Origin: a virus
Taxonomy: Duplodnaviria > Caudoviricetes
Virus record (IMG/VR): IMGVR_UViG_3300037801_000099
Location: 1 to 51,371 of that record
Reading direction: 5' to 3' (one strand)
Length of the DNA: 51,371 nt
Shown: positions 34,901 to 44,886 of the stretch, piece after piece
Numbering within the stretch: the stretch's first letter is position 1
Layout of the letters: each line of letters starts with the position of its first letter
Made by a program: the position numbers and the translations under genes
The notes under the pieces: model-generated
The model's database searches: none
Seen by the model: only the letters and a program-made list of their open reading frames with translations
What the model was told of the DNA's origin: nothing

Positions 34901-37900
34901 TTGCAGTGTCCCATTTAACTCTTCGCGAAAGACTGCGTGGCCAATCTCATGAGCCGCGGCCATAGCTTGAGCTGCTTCGTTAGTAACGTGTAAGTCATTC
35001 ACCATGACTACGCCGCCACCTTCAAAGCCTTTAAAAAAGCCTTTTCGGTTTGGCTTACTGAACGAGTCTACGAAGTGATTAGCTAGTTTTTCAGCCACAA
35101 GTGTTGAGTTAGTAATCGGCGCAAGTGCTTCGTACGCCGCGCGTCTAACTGCAGAGTGACCTAATACTGCGTCACTCTTAACTTTACGAACCTGTGCGGC
35201 ATAACTCTTATCGAGTAAGCCGTCTTTTTCAGCTTTACGAATAAACGCGCCGACCGCTTTTTTATCGGTTAGATCAAGCGTTTCTAACGCTTTCATCGCG
35301 ATCTTGCCGTTTGCGGTCTTCTTTTGTTTCGCTGGTATCAAAGCCGCAATCTGGTCGCGTGTGGCAGCTTGGAAGCCTTTGAGACCTATTACTGCAATAG
35401 GTGTCTGGAGTTTGATTTTGCGAGACAAACGCCTTGTCAGGGCACTAACTGTTTCGCTCACACCTTCAAATGGGAAAGTAACAGCCCCCACAAGGTTTAA
35501 TTTTGGCTTCGGCTTTCTCTCACTCTCTGGCCCCGTTGTTGGAGCTCGACCCAGCGGCCTGTTTTGAGTGCTGTTTACATTGCGCTCATCTTCAATATTC
35601 AATGTAGTGAGGGGGATACCATCTTCCGTACGCGCATTGTTTTCAGCCATGTCATATGGCTCAAGCGGGTCACCTTGCTCTTGTTCTAACACTTGAGCTT
35701 CTTCTCGCGTCATAAGACGCGGCTCTGGGAAGACATCAATAACCTGAATACGTCTAATGTTATCGCGGACACGAGTGCCCGCTTCTGGCTTGGTAAGTAG
35801 CCTTGTTATCTGTTGTAAGTGCGCGCGAGCCAGTGGGCTATTTTCGGTCTCGGGGTCTTTTTCTAGTTCAACATTATCGAATGGCCCAGAACGACCTGCT
35901 TCTAGAGGTGTAGGGTTAGGGCTACTTCTGCGCTCATCAAATGAATCAAATGGCCCTTGGTTAGGGGTCAGATCGCGTCTTTCTGTTGGCTTCTCTACTT
36001 CTGGTAGCTCATATAAACCTTGCTCGACAAGGCTTTCACCAATCCTGACAATCTCGTCTTCTGGAAGAGCACGCAGTTTTTCTATCAGTTCGCTAGGTTT
36101 TTCGTCGCCGCTAATTCCAGCTAAACCGCCTGACTCCTGTTGCTGCCCATACGTTTCGACTACTCGTACGTCATTACCGAAGTCATCTGTAACTAACCTT
36201 TGAGATTGCTGTACAGGCGAATTCGGAGTTACTTCGACAAGGTCTTCTTCGGTCAACTCGTTTACTTTTAGGTCAGTGCGCTCTTGTGGAGTCAGCTGGC
36301 CGATAATGAAATCTAAATCCTGTCTGGCAAGTTTCGTGATCTCTTTAATGTATGCCTCGTACAAAGCCTGTGTCTTTGCTTTCGGAGGACGAATCTTCCG
36401 CATATCGCTTTCATCAACGAAAATAGACTGAGTCCTAGCCAGCTTTCGGCCTAGTTTTATGACGAATGGTTGGCCTAAGAGTTTGAGGTTTCGAATAAAC
36501 TGCGTGGGTCGCTGGTCAGGTTTGCCAGGGACATAGTTCTTTAGAAGCGACTTCAGCCGAATCGGCTTACCACCACTATCAAATGCAAGGACGATATTAC
36601 CGTACGCGTCATCCAAATCCTTACCGCTATTCAGAGCTTCCATGATGTCTGAGAGCGGGACACCCTGAATATCTACCTCATAGCCACGCATTTGTAGCTC
36701 CGCAAGCATTGCAAGGATGCCTTGCTGAGAAGACTGAAATGCGCCGCCGCCCATAAACCCGCTTGCTGGATCGTTAGACTCGACGATACGGCGTCCTGAG
36801 TTCATAAGGTCAACAGGGTTTACTGCTACTGCTTTCTCTCGATCAGGAGCTTTTACATTAACCGTTCTGAATTTGGGTAGGCTTTGTGCCGCCTTGTTCA
36901 GAGAGCGGGTAAGGAACTGCAATATAGATAGTTCTTGTTCGTTGCCTTTACCGTCTCGAAATCTAACCATCTGGGTTTCAGGAGTGGTTTCAATTTCAAT
37001 GCGGAACGTGCCATCTGCATTTGGGCGAACCGTTACTACTTGATCTGGATTGGCTTGTTGGAGCTTGGTAGCGGTATTCAGCAGGCTCTTGCTCATGCGA
37101 GCATTCAGGGGGTTGCTGAAGTCCGTTTCACCAAACATGCTCTTGTAGTTCTCACGGGCTTCGTCAATCCCTTCGAAAGTATTGTCGCCGTCTACTCCCT
37201 GATAGTTTTCAAATACCTTCCCGTTCTTAACGAAAGTATGAACGCGTACCTCTGATTCAAACTCGTTGTCACCGACTTGCTCATTTGTATCTTGGTCTTG
37301 TTCCATGATGTCGGCATCTTCATCCTCCATGAAACGGATATCTGGATCTGCTCGGCGTGCGCGATCAGCCATTGCCTCTTCGATAGACATAAACTCAACA
37401 CGGCCGCCATCAGGCATAATGTTTTCAGCTGCACTTTTAGCCGCTTTAACGGCTTCCGGATCAAGCGTCACTGCTTCTTCAGAAACAATCCCACCATCTT
37501 CGTCATATACGCGATAAACGTGTGTCTCTTGACCAGTTTTTGCGTTGCTGTACCCCAAGGCAGATGCAAGCACTGAATCAGATGCTTGCCCTTTAACAAC
37601 ATTTCTAACGACATCTATGTCTTGAGAAATGATCGTTCCGCGCCCTGGTACAAAAGCTGCGTATGCAACTTCACCATTAATCGTAATGGCTCTCGGGGTA
37701 GTACGTGTCGCGTAACGAGAGTCAGGCTCAGTACCTGCAATCCATACCGCTTCTTTGGAGCTACTTTTATTGAGCATGGCTCGTAGCTGCGCATTAATGT
37801 CTTGTTCGGATTCTTGAGAAGTTTGATCTGGATCTACGTCAGCAGTTTCTGCAGTCGTTTGTGCTCGCGTCATCGTCTCCTTAATGGAGTCGACCATATT

Positions 37901-39619
37901 TGCGGCTTTTTCTACGACCTGTGCTCCCGCACCAACAATATTACTGTTGCCAACTTCAGCTAACGTCTGCCTCGCAAGGCCAGTACTACCAGCTAAAGAA
38001 CCAGCCCCAAAGAAACCTACAAACCCTGCATTTAATCTACGGAGGTTTGCGTCTGCGTCCGTGAACGTATCGTCCATAGACATGCGGTTGCGGATTGCTA
38101 ACTCTTCTTGTGCGAGTTCAGCAGTGCCCTCAAGAGCACCACCTTTTACAAACTGCCCACCGAATGAAGTAGCTAATCGACCCATTACTGAATCTGGGCC
38201 AGTGGATTTTTTAGCAGCTTGGTTACGTATAAGGCTAACTAAACCTGCTTCACCCAAGACACCAATCGCTGCTTGTGGAACTGCCACGCCCATTGCACGC
38301 AAGGCGTTTGCTCGATCTAGTTCGCGTCCGGACTCCAAAGCCTCACCAACGTTAGAACCTGTTAGTGGGGCAAATTCAGAGGCTCCAGCACCACCAAGGG
38401 CACCGCGTTTCATCAAACGATTACGTAAAAACCTGTCTCGCGAGATAACGTGTGCTTCTTGCAAGGCTTCGTACGCGGCTTGAGCAATCTTCTGTTGATC
38501 TGGCGTGGCCTGTTTCTTAGCAGTTGCTTCTACAGAATCTTGAACAATGTTCTTTACAGCCCGCTTGCTTACTCCTTGGAGCGCCTCTTTACCAAACAGC
38601 ATTGCCAAAGAGCCGACGCCAGCACCAGATATCGAGCTAACTACGCTTGGAACTAGCTGACCTGTGCCAGCAGAAACTTGATCTAAAAAGCCTCCAACTG
38701 TTGGTGAGTCTAAAAATTCTCCAAACGTTTCCATCCCAGCTAGCGGTATGCCCGCAAACTCCTCTGAGATACGGGCGTTCTCAATAGAATCTGCTAACTC
38801 GGCTTCGTCTCCCTGCAGGGCGTCAATCGCTGCCCCGAAATATGCAAAATCCGAAAGTGTTTGCTCAGCGCCTTGCGCCATACCCCGACGGAACGTAGTT
38901 ATTAAGTCGGTGGTACCCGTTGGGCCGATCGGAGTAGATGCAACTTGGTCGACGTTGTCAGCTGTAACGCCTCCTGTTGCTCCCATAGAGTAGATGTCAC
39001 CCATCAATGCGGCATCTGTCGAAGTCGTACCCGTGTTGTACGCCGCTTGATTAACAGCTTGCGTGGTAGGCACAGGAGCTTTTGGAGCTGGTGCATTTAC
39101 AAATTGCGCTACCCAATCTTGCGCCGCTGTATCTCCCGCACTTTTGATCTGAGGACCAAAAAACTTAGCTATTGCGTCTTCTTCAGTAGCAGGTTTATTA
39201 GTACTGGTATTACTTAAACCCCGCGCTTGAGACATTAAGGCAGGGGAGTACAAGCTCGTAGCATCTGGAGTTTCAAACTGTACCATCGCCGAAATCATTC
39301 TTTCGCGGACATCAGGGTCACTTAGATCAATCTTGTCATCAGGATTGATACCCATCTTGTCTGCTACAAACTTAGCGTAGGCGGGCGTAGGGTTGTTATC
39401 TTCAGGAGGGGCGAATCTAAAGATCGCTTCATTCAGGTTATCGATACCGTGCTTGGCTCCGTAGTTCTTTAGAACTATGTCAGCCGCACGCAAACCGCTT
39501 ACGGGATCATCAAAAATCGCGTAGTTGTTATCGTCTCCACCAGTCTGACCTTGCCAATCATTAGCTGGGTTGTAGCGGATGTTTAGCCAGTTATTGTTAC
39601 GGACTCCGAGATTCGACAC
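31937..39619 (-). CDS. Giant internal virion/DNA ejection protein (2560 aa) with N-terminal lysozyme-like domain and HExxH motif
   Basis: GVRNNNWLNIR..F.....G.RA..RFAPPEDNNPT.AY N-domain; AHEIGH...EEWYAD; last of four ejection-type genes. Confidence 0.8.
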   Translation of the reverse strand: MSNLGVRNNNWLNIRYNPANDWQGQTGGDDNNYAIFDDPVSGLRAADIVLKNYGAKHGIDNLNEAIFRFAPPEDNNPTPAYAKFVADKMGINPDDKIDLSDPDVRERMISAMVQFETPDATSLYSPALMSQARGLSNTSTNKPATEEDAIAKFFGPQIKSAGDTAAQDWVAQFVNAPAPKAPVPTTQAVNQAAYNTGTTSTDAALMGDIYSMGATGGVTADNVDQVASTPIGPTGTTDLITTFRRGMAQGAEQTLSDFAYFGAAIDALQGDEAELADSIENARISEEFAGIPLAGMETFGEFLDSPTVGGFLDQVSAGTGQLVPSVVSSISGAGVGSLAMLFGKEALQGVSKRAVKNIVQDSVEATAKKQATPDQQKIAQAAYEALQEAHVISRDRFLRNRLMKRGALGGAGASEFAPLTGSNVGEALESGRELDRANALRAMGVAVPQAAIGVLGEAGLVSLIRNQAAKKSTGPDSVMGRLATSFGGQFVKGGALEGTAELAQEELAIRNRMSMDDTFTDADANLRRLNAGFVGFFGAGSLAGSTGLARQTLAEVGNSNIVGAGAQVVEKAANMVDSIKETMTRAQTTAETADVDPDQTSQESEQDINAQLRAMLNKSSSKEAVWIAGTEPDSRYATRTTPRAITINGEVAYAAFVPGRGTIISQDIDVVRNVVKGQASDSVLASALGYSNAKTGQETHVYRVYDEDGGIVSEEAVTLDPEAVKAAKSAAENIMPDGGRVEFMSIEEAMADRARRADPDIRFMEDEDADIMEQDQDTNEQVGDNEFESEVRVHTFVKNGKVFENYQGVDGDNTFEGIDEARENYKSMFGETDFSNPLNARMSKSLLNTATKLQQANPDQVVTVRPNADGTFRIEIETTPETQMVRFRDGKGNEQELSILQFLTRSLNKAAQSLPKFRTVNVKAPDREKAVAVNPVDLMNSGRRIVESNDPASGFMGGGAFQSSQQGILAMLAELQMRGYEVDIQGVPLSDIMEALNSGKDLDDAYGNIVLAFDSGGKPIRLKSLLKNYVPGKPDQRPTQFIRNLKLLGQPFVIKLGRKLARTQSIFVDESDMRKIRPPKAKTQALYEAYIKEITKLARQDLDFIIGQLTPQERTDLKVNELTEEDLVEVTPNSPVQQSQRLVTDDFGNDVRVVETYGQQQESGGLAGISGDEKPSELIEKLRALPEDEIVRIGESLVEQGLYELPEVEKPTERRDLTPNQGPFDSFDERRSSPNPTPLEAGRSGPFDNVELEKDPETENSPLARAHLQQITRLLTKPEAGTRVRDNIRRIQVIDVFPEPRLMTREEAQVLEQEQGDPLEPYDMAENNARTEDGIPLTTLNIEDERNVNSTQNRPLGRAPTTGPESERKPKPKLNLVGAVTFPFEGVSETVSALTRRLSRKIKLQTPIAVIGLKGFQAATRDQIAALIPAKQKKTANGKIAMKALETLDLTDKKAVGAFIRKAEKDGLLDKSYAAQVRKVKSDAVLGHSAVRRAAYEALAPITNSTLVAEKLANHFVDSFSKPNRKGFFKGFEGGGVVMVNDLHVTNEAAQAMAAAHEIGHAVFREELNGTLQNPAILGRLSERFIRDRAKKGATKQYEGKNGFEEWYADQIAAWIKKDMTKDKRGAKNAVDSHFKRVANRFKQLWRDVKNSAIFRRTNTVAPEFSTYMDSVMETREGTREVVANPIYDDDGNMVGSASAMGAAQPTTEQTQEQRDELARQGAQTARRRKQAKKNFTPRDEDGLLAAIAARGGISRESVERDGLRDYYRERVGSKFVFTNNGLSIDDMFTALQEAGWYNQNPEGAPNTQGANDLLSDLVDALQQGQENPFYTPLKSDLDPRFEERMEAEYQAATGGGQGGGTPPPPPPNTDGMPEPDEPPFEQKAFVKAIKEQINIETGAAAREAEFRKFMENIGRDFLNDNPWATQILGIIRTADGMLRMVGGDELADLFYVRSFDRSGMGFAQARQLARDKWRAGLFEVLGKDWTTDEVQDALKEAQSSTPTGELKNPKAVAIRNYLQRMHEDYIAPSNSEIDFRENYFPVLLELAEIAADPDTFIEMVVEANNAAGVETDMKALKKSVNRLVKYQAVVDQGGTPESEDILDPGAVAEASLELTKNVDRGLLRDTGYLMDPEVALMKYVDNVTKRVEWNRAMKGPNGEDKLGAFLEEMTPREREVAQSVINAYVGNVTHLSPFWRKTNSYLATMNLVTLLPFATLASIPDFAGSIVQTREFKGFGMAAKEIVNQIQNREQAKRLANDIGVVMPEAAANAWMSQADSDMLDPTARQATDKFFQWTGLQFLTTLSREFSTGMGKQFLIEHAYHPTERSERYLRQMGVTAEQVRAWNEGDQSFTTEEGEAVRAALQRFVESSVLRPNAGERPIWASDPRFALVWQLKSFIYAFNKVILDGVMREAHTRTFEGKGFVAAMGPLMVLTMAAFMPLAALGLELREYAKVGLSFALPGIDGSFRYLRSDQMDYGTYFLELFSRAGLDGPLGMLTMAQRSGDWGGSALATLLGPTAELVDKTLRDGPLDGAWTRMNSPQEQAGVILGVGAIARTVL

Positions 39620-39630
39620 GCAGTTACCTT

Positions 39631-41850
39631 CTATTTAGTGGCTTGTTTAGATAACTCTTCGTTTGCCAACGCCGCCTTAACGAGCAAATTCGCAACGATC
39701 TTGGAGTCCTTTTGTAGGTCTTCGATGTTCACGGACTCACTACGTACGCCTTCCTGATCCACGTAAGAGATAACTGAGGGTTTGCCGTTTTTCACCTGAC
39801 CAATTCGTACAGCGGAGAGGTCAAACGAGAACGACCCATCTGCGTCTTTTCGGAAAAAATCAGCGTATTTCTCACCAAATTGGCCTACATCTGAATTCAC
39901 TTTGGCCTGTAGGTATTGGTCGAGCATTAAATTGAGGTACTGCATACCAGCCGCACCAGATGTACCGCCTTGTGCGAGCTTAATCTTAGGTATGAAAGCA
40001 GAGATCTCTCGGCCAATCTTCAGGGCGGCTTCGTCATAATTACCCTTGAACCCTTCGGTACTCCACTCACCATCAACTTTAGCGCCCGTGATGGCGTAAA
40101 CCTTCTCGAGGGAGGCATCACCTGCTTCAAGAATTGCGGGGATTGCCTCGATATCAAACTTTTGCAACTTAAAGTTCAGTTCATCGCGCTTAACTTGAGC
40201 GGTTCGCAGTGCCGCTTCACCTTGCGCTCTCGCAGAATCCAACTGAGCTTGTTGTAATTTGCCAACGGATTGATCGCCGCGGAACGCTAAGTTTTCGATC
40301 TTCTGTGCTAACGCCGCCTTTTCTTTCGTTGATCCTTCAGCTGTTGAGCCTAACACCCAAGCCATCATTTCCAGCTCGCCGCGATTAACTTCACCTTTTT
40401 TAACGGCTTCTTCCAACTGTGCCTCGGTATCTATGCCGCGATTCTGCAAGAACGTCTTAATACCTTGCTTCTGTTCTTCAGTTGGCTCAGTGGTCTGGCT
40501 AAGAATTGCCTGTTTAACATTCTCTGCTGTGAGCTCGAATGGTGGTGGAGCAATTACAGGATCATTGTAGGTAACCTGTCGGCCGCTAACGCCAGTCCCT
40601 TTCGGTACTTGGCCTCCCTGAGATGGTTCTTCAGGTGAACCTTCAAACATTTGAGTAACGCGGTCTGCGGTAACAGGTACGCGCTGCTGATCGATCTCAG
40701 CTTCGTTAGCCTCTTTAGCCTCATCGTAGTTAGGTGAGTCTTTCGCAAACTCGTCAATATCAGACATTCCGAAGAATCTGCCGACGCCGCTTGTTTTAAA
40801 GCTATCGTAAGCGCTACCGATCGCTTTCCCAGGTGCGCTCATTATATCGCTGGTGCTGGCTGCTATGCGGCCAGCTGTCGCATCCCATATTCTGCTAAGG
40901 TCCTGACCGCTGTTTAAGCGATCAACGACGATGTCTTTTTCTTCTTGGCTCAGCTCATTCCAACGTTCTTTTGTAAGCCCTGAATCAGTAAGTCTCTGTG
41001 CCAATGATCCAGCAGGATATTGATCACCTTCTTCAGCGCCTTTTTGTGGGGGATTTGCTTTCTTCCACGCTTCAAGTGCATTAGCTTCTGAAGTCTCTCT
41101 TAACTCTTTCTCATTTCCACCGATAGCTTTGTAAGCACCCAGCAAAGCCTCTAGAGCCCCTGGCTCCTCCACGTCAATCTTGTCAATCTCTGACGCAAAA
41201 GCAGACAAATCACTCTGCTTACTAATCTGAACCGTAGCTGCATCGAGGACCGCTTGCTTAGCTTCGAGCGCCTGTAACGCCTCTCTGCTACTCATCATGG
41301 TTGCGGTGTTTTCATTTCCACCTAGGGCAACAGCTTCTTGGTAGCGTGAGGTGACGTGTTTTTTGAGGTCTTCTCTATCAAACACTACAGCCATTGATTG
41401 GCCGTCTGCATTTCGGGCTTCTGTTAGTGGAACCTCTTCTCGAGCGCCTTCCAACATAACCATAGCGCCGTACGTGCCGTTACCGTTGTCGATAAATCGA
41501 GTAATCTTTGCGGGAACTTTAGTACCGTCATCAAGCTCACTTCTTAAAATAGATTGAGCCGTGGGCGAGTTGTTGAACATATCGACAACAATATCCATAC
41601 GCCCATCGATGAGTTTGTCAGAGTCAGTCTGATTCCAAGCTGTTGTTCGCGCACCAAGGTAAGCATCAACCTTTCCGATTGTTGATTGAGCATCAACAAC
41701 TCTCTGCTCATTTAGATGTTGTTGATTCAAGATATCTTGTTGCTCTCGAGCAATACCAAGAGAAACTCTCTGACGGTTTCTGTTGTACTGCTGATCAGAA
41801 ACGTTTTTCGCCGTCGTTAGTGCTGCTAGTGTTCCGTCCCATACTGACAT
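39631..41850 (-). CDS. Internal virion (ejection) protein
   Basis: 739 aa, helical, Ala/Gln/Glu-rich; synteny. Confidence 0.7.
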   Translation of the reverse strand: MSVWDGTLAALTTAKNVSDQQYNRNRQRVSLGIAREQQDILNQQHLNEQRVVDAQSTIGKVDAYLGARTTAWNQTDSDKLIDGRMDIVVDMFNNSPTAQSILRSELDDGTKVPAKITRFIDNGNGTYGAMVMLEGAREEVPLTEARNADGQSMAVVFDREDLKKHVTSRYQEAVALGGNENTATMMSSREALQALEAKQAVLDAATVQISKQSDLSAFASEIDKIDVEEPGALEALLGAYKAIGGNEKELRETSEANALEAWKKANPPQKGAEEGDQYPAGSLAQRLTDSGLTKERWNELSQEEKDIVVDRLNSGQDLSRIWDATAGRIAASTSDIMSAPGKAIGSAYDSFKTSGVGRFFGMSDIDEFAKDSPNYDEAKEANEAEIDQQRVPVTADRVTQMFEGSPEEPSQGGQVPKGTGVSGRQVTYNDPVIAPPPFELTAENVKQAILSQTTEPTEEQKQGIKTFLQNRGIDTEAQLEEAVKKGEVNRGELEMMAWVLGSTAEGSTKEKAALAQKIENLAFRGDQSVGKLQQAQLDSARAQGEAALRTAQVKRDELNFKLQKFDIEAIPAILEAGDASLEKVYAITGAKVDGEWSTEGFKGNYDEAALKIGREISAFIPKIKLAQGGTSGAAGMQYLNLMLDQYLQAKVNSDVGQFGEKYADFFRKDADGSFSFDLSAVRIGQVKNGKPSVISYVDQEGVRSESVNIEDLQKDSKIVANLLVKAALANEELSKQATK

Positions 41851-41861
41851 ATTGAGTTACC

Positions 41862-42449
41862 TTAGAATGCGAACGCAAAGATCGCGGCAGACGCTAAGCC
41901 GCCGATCGTGCTGTAAGTTTGTGCTTTAGAAGCAGCCTTCGCTTGGTCGTACGCGTTCTTACGCTGGGTGGCTGATTGAGCCGCTCCCTGCATCTGGCTC
42001 AAGGAAGAGCGATTGACTCCTTGTCCAATGTTTACAAGGTCAGCAATAGCCGCTTGGTTTACTTCTTTCTGAGCGATTCGCGCGTCGTTTATTGATTGAG
42101 CTGCACCAAGAGTATTTGCTCGATCCAAGCTACGCGCCTGCTCTTGGAGTTGCATAGGTGTTAGATTAGTTCCGTAGCGCGCAGCATTACGTGCTACGAC
42201 TCCCGACATTAAGCCTTGCGCAATTTCCGAGTTTTCCTTTGCGGAATCTATAAGGGTAGTGTCAGTCTGCGCCTGCTCTAAGAGCTTCTCTTCAAACGGC
42301 CGATACTCCTGTACATACCTGTTGTAGTCATCACGAGTCATCTGGGCGTAAGTTTTATCGGGGTCCGTTACGGTTTGCAGGCTACCAACGTAGTCCTGTC
42401 CACGGTAATTTCCGTAACCTCGATAATTTCCAAGAGCGTTATATGACAT
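41862..42449 (-). CDS. Internal virion (ejection) protein
   Basis: Gln/Ala-rich with hydrophobic C-end; synteny. Confidence 0.68.
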   Translation of the reverse strand: MSYNALGNYRGYGNYRGQDYVGSLQTVTDPDKTYAQMTRDDYNRYVQEYRPFEEKLLEQAQTDTTLIDSAKENSEIAQGLMSGVVARNAARYGTNLTPMQLQEQARSLDRANTLGAAQSINDARIAQKEVNQAAIADLVNIGQGVNRSSLSQMQGAAQSATQRKNAYDQAKAASKAQTYSTIGGLASAAIFAFAF

Positions 42450-42460
42450 ATCGATGCTCC

Positions 42461-43111
42461 TTATTCAGGTAGTGGGTTGGTACCGAAATAATCGGTGTGA
42501 CTTAAACGATTACCGAAGCCTTGGACTTTTGTCCCGTCTTTATTAACCGGAGAGAAGAATGAGCCTTTTACCTCGTTACCTTTAGCGTCTTTACCTCGGG
42601 TCTTCATGTTCTTCGCACCCTGCACGATTGCAGAAGTAGCAATCTGTCCAAGTGCCGCTGTTTTCGCAGCGCGTTCTGTTTGCTTAGCCTTAGCTTGAGT
42701 CAATACTCTAGATGCACCCATGTTTGCCGCGGCACTCATACCACTCTGTGCGTCTCCAGCTTGCCCTCGAGCAACACCGAGTACGCCAAGCTGCTTCTTA
42801 TTTCGAATATCTATTGCAGCCTGATCAGCCTGTGCTAATTGAGCTTGATACGCTTGTGCTAAATCGCCACCGTCTGAACCCGACGCCGCAAGGTCATAAT
42901 CAGCTTGTGCCGCCAATGTCTGCATGGTGTCGGCGTTTGCACGCGCACGTAGAGTTTTATCGACCCTTTCAGTCAGAGACTCGTCTCGCATCTTTTGCAA
43001 CAGCGGGTCGTATTTAGCGTTGAAGTAGTCCTTCTCAGCTTTAGCTACCGCCGCCGACGCGATTTCTGCGGCAGATGGTTTGTAGTCTTGTTTCTTTGGT
43101 TTGCTACCCAT
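42461..43111 (-). CDS. Internal virion (ejection) protein
   Basis: MGSKPK start, Ala/Gln-rich; synteny. Confidence 0.68.
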   Translation of the reverse strand: MGSKPKKQDYKPSAAEIASAAVAKAEKDYFNAKYDPLLQKMRDESLTERVDKTLRARANADTMQTLAAQADYDLAASGSDGGDLAQAYQAQLAQADQAAIDIRNKKQLGVLGVARGQAGDAQSGMSAAANMGASRVLTQAKAKQTERAAKTAALGQIATSAIVQGAKNMKTRGKDAKGNEVKGSFFSPVNKDGTKVQGFGNRLSHTDYFGTNPLPE

Positions 43112-43566
43112 TACAGTTCTCTCGTGTAAATGACCGTATCTTTCTTCCAGCCTTCAGCTAAAAAGTAATCTTCTAAAGCCGTTACAGGTGTTCTGGTTTC
43201 GATGTTCTTGAAACCGTTCTCTCTGGCTAGCTCCGCAAAAAACGGGAGGTACTTAATCGCGCAACTTTGTCCGCGGTTCTTGGCCCATGCCAACCAAAGT
43301 AAAAATGTCTTTGCCCCTGTAAACTCATCCACCTCAGCGGTGGTGATTACAAAGCCCTCTGGTGCTACCCAAAGGTGGGCTTCCCCGTTTAGACAAGCCG
43401 CATATACGTCTTCTGGTCTAAACGTAAGCTGAGGTTGCTCAGCTAAAATCTCTTCAATACCGCGTTTTACCCAAACCCATTCTTCACGCACTTGGGCAAA
43501 AGTCGGCTTATCCTCCGTTGCCGTAGCGTCGACGCCTTGTGCGCCAAGGTCCTGACATACCGCCAT
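43111..43566 (-). CDS. GNAT-like virion assembly protein
   Basis: LLWLAW..RG...ELARENG...IE..T...GW pattern; typical position before ejection genes. Confidence 0.6.
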   Translation of the reverse strand: MAVCQDLGAQGVDATATEDKPTFAQVREEWVWVKRGIEEILAEQPQLTFRPEDVYAACLNGEAHLWVAPEGFVITTAEVDEFTGAKTFLLWLAWAKNRGQSCAIKYLPFFAELARENGFKNIETRTPVTALEDYFLAEGWKKDTVIYTREL

Positions 43567-44188
43567 ATTTCACGCTCCTGCGAACTGCGGTGTCTGCATT
43601 ACGCGACCTGCGCTCTGCATCAGTGACACCTTGATTAAATAACTGGCCATAAATTGACGCGCTCTGTAGGTCCGACCAGTCTTTGTTTGGGATTCTTAGT
43701 AACCGGAATAGAGCGCCATTGACGATCGTGTCTCGATAGTCGTTCATAACATCGTTATCGCAGGCTGTACTCGTGTGCGTTGGTCTAAGGACAGCTCTAA
43801 CGATCGTGCTACCTACGAGGGTGTCAGCTGGGATAGGTGCTAACAGAAAAGTCTCGGAGGTTTTTTGTACGAAATATTCAGGGACGCCAGACTCTTCACG
43901 CCATTTGGGCAGACGCTGCTCAAGCAAGGTAGTAGTTAAGGGCTCTAAATCTTTACCCTTGTGTGTGACCCAAAGAATTCTTCGGACAGATGTCCCAGTT
44001 GGAGTCTCTAAATCGTATTCGTAGATACCGGAAACAGTGGTAACGGGATCGAGCTCTACTTGGTACACATTTGCGCGCTCGCAAAGTTCAACTACTGCTG
44101 ACCGGATGTTGCTCTCTATTAAAGTGTCGGGACACCCAGGAACCATCGGTAGTATTTCGGGGAGTAGCGCCTCATAAGTGATCGCCAT
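43508..44188 (-). CDS. Head-tail adaptor / tail tubular protein
   Basis: VPGCPD..I, IVNGAL.RLL.IP.K.WSD; synteny. Confidence 0.72.
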   Translation of the reverse strand: MAITYEALLPEILPMVPGCPDTLIESNIRSAVVELCERANVYQVELDPVTTVSGIYEYDLETPTGTSVRRILWVTHKGKDLEPLTTTLLEQRLPKWREESGVPEYFVQKTSETFLLAPIPADTLVGSTIVRAVLRPTHTSTACDNDVMNDYRDTIVNGALFRLLRIPNKDWSDLQSASIYGQLFNQGVTDAERRSRNADTAVRRSVKYGGMSGPWRTRRRRYGNGG

Positions 44189-44191
44189 ACT

Positions 44192-44878
44192 TTATGCTCC
44201 CATTTGCGCTCTGCGTTCTATGTTGGGGTTGGTAATTGCGTCTATCTGACCTTTTCCAGTAACCGAAGCAGTAAACAACTGGTAATGACTTCCCGCGCGC
44301 TGTTGGTTACCCGCAAACTCAGCGTCTTTCATGTAGGCCATGTATAAGACGTAGTTCATTACTGCGTTGGCGAATATGTCGGGGACGGACAAATTATCGG
44401 AAAGCGCAACTGTCGATGGGTTGGCTGAGTAAATCAGCTCAACATAAGCGTTACCGCTAACCCCAGGGTAGACGTAAAAGTTTCTAGGGTTGGACTCTTC
44501 ATACGAGTAGTGCTTAACAATATTCGTATGAGACGCATCGCCTGTTACGGTGGGGTCGTGCCAGTTGGGGCTTTGAGAGTCTAGAACTGCTAGATCCACC
44601 AGCCTAATCGCGCGTGCACCTGTACCACCGCTAGCGGCAGACATGTTGCGGACAACCTTTAACAGTCTGTTACCACCGGATGGGATTTCTTGTTTGGTGC
44701 CAGTTACGAGCGTTACCGTAGTATTTACTGCACTTGCATCAGGCTTTAGTAGCGCAATCTCGCGTTGTGCGTCGTTGACCCACAGTACAAGCTCGCTAGT
44801 AACAGGCCATCTAACGCCAGTAGTGTCTTGTATAACAGCTTGAACTCGATCAATAACGCTCTGTACGGTTACAGCCAT
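44192..44878 (-). CDS. Head-tail adaptor (DUF6682-like)
   Basis: RW...EL..WVNDAQREI, FYVYP, YMAY.KDAE. Confidence 0.75.
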   Translation of the reverse strand: MAVTVQSVIDRVQAVIQDTTGVRWPVTSELVLWVNDAQREIALLKPDASAVNTTVTLVTGTKQEIPSGGNRLLKVVRNMSAASGGTGARAIRLVDLAVLDSQSPNWHDPTVTGDASHTNIVKHYSYEESNPRNFYVYPGVSGNAYVELIYSANPSTVALSDNLSVPDIFANAVMNYVLYMAYMKDAEFAGNQQRAGSHYQLFTASVTGKGQIDAITNPNIERRAQMGA

Positions 44879-44886
44879 AGTAGTAC

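Noticed and set aside
30560-38483. Long + strand ORFs (30560-31114, 35757-36203, 37884-38483 and others)
   Set aside because: Antisense shadows of well-supported - strand genes, with no recognisable motifs
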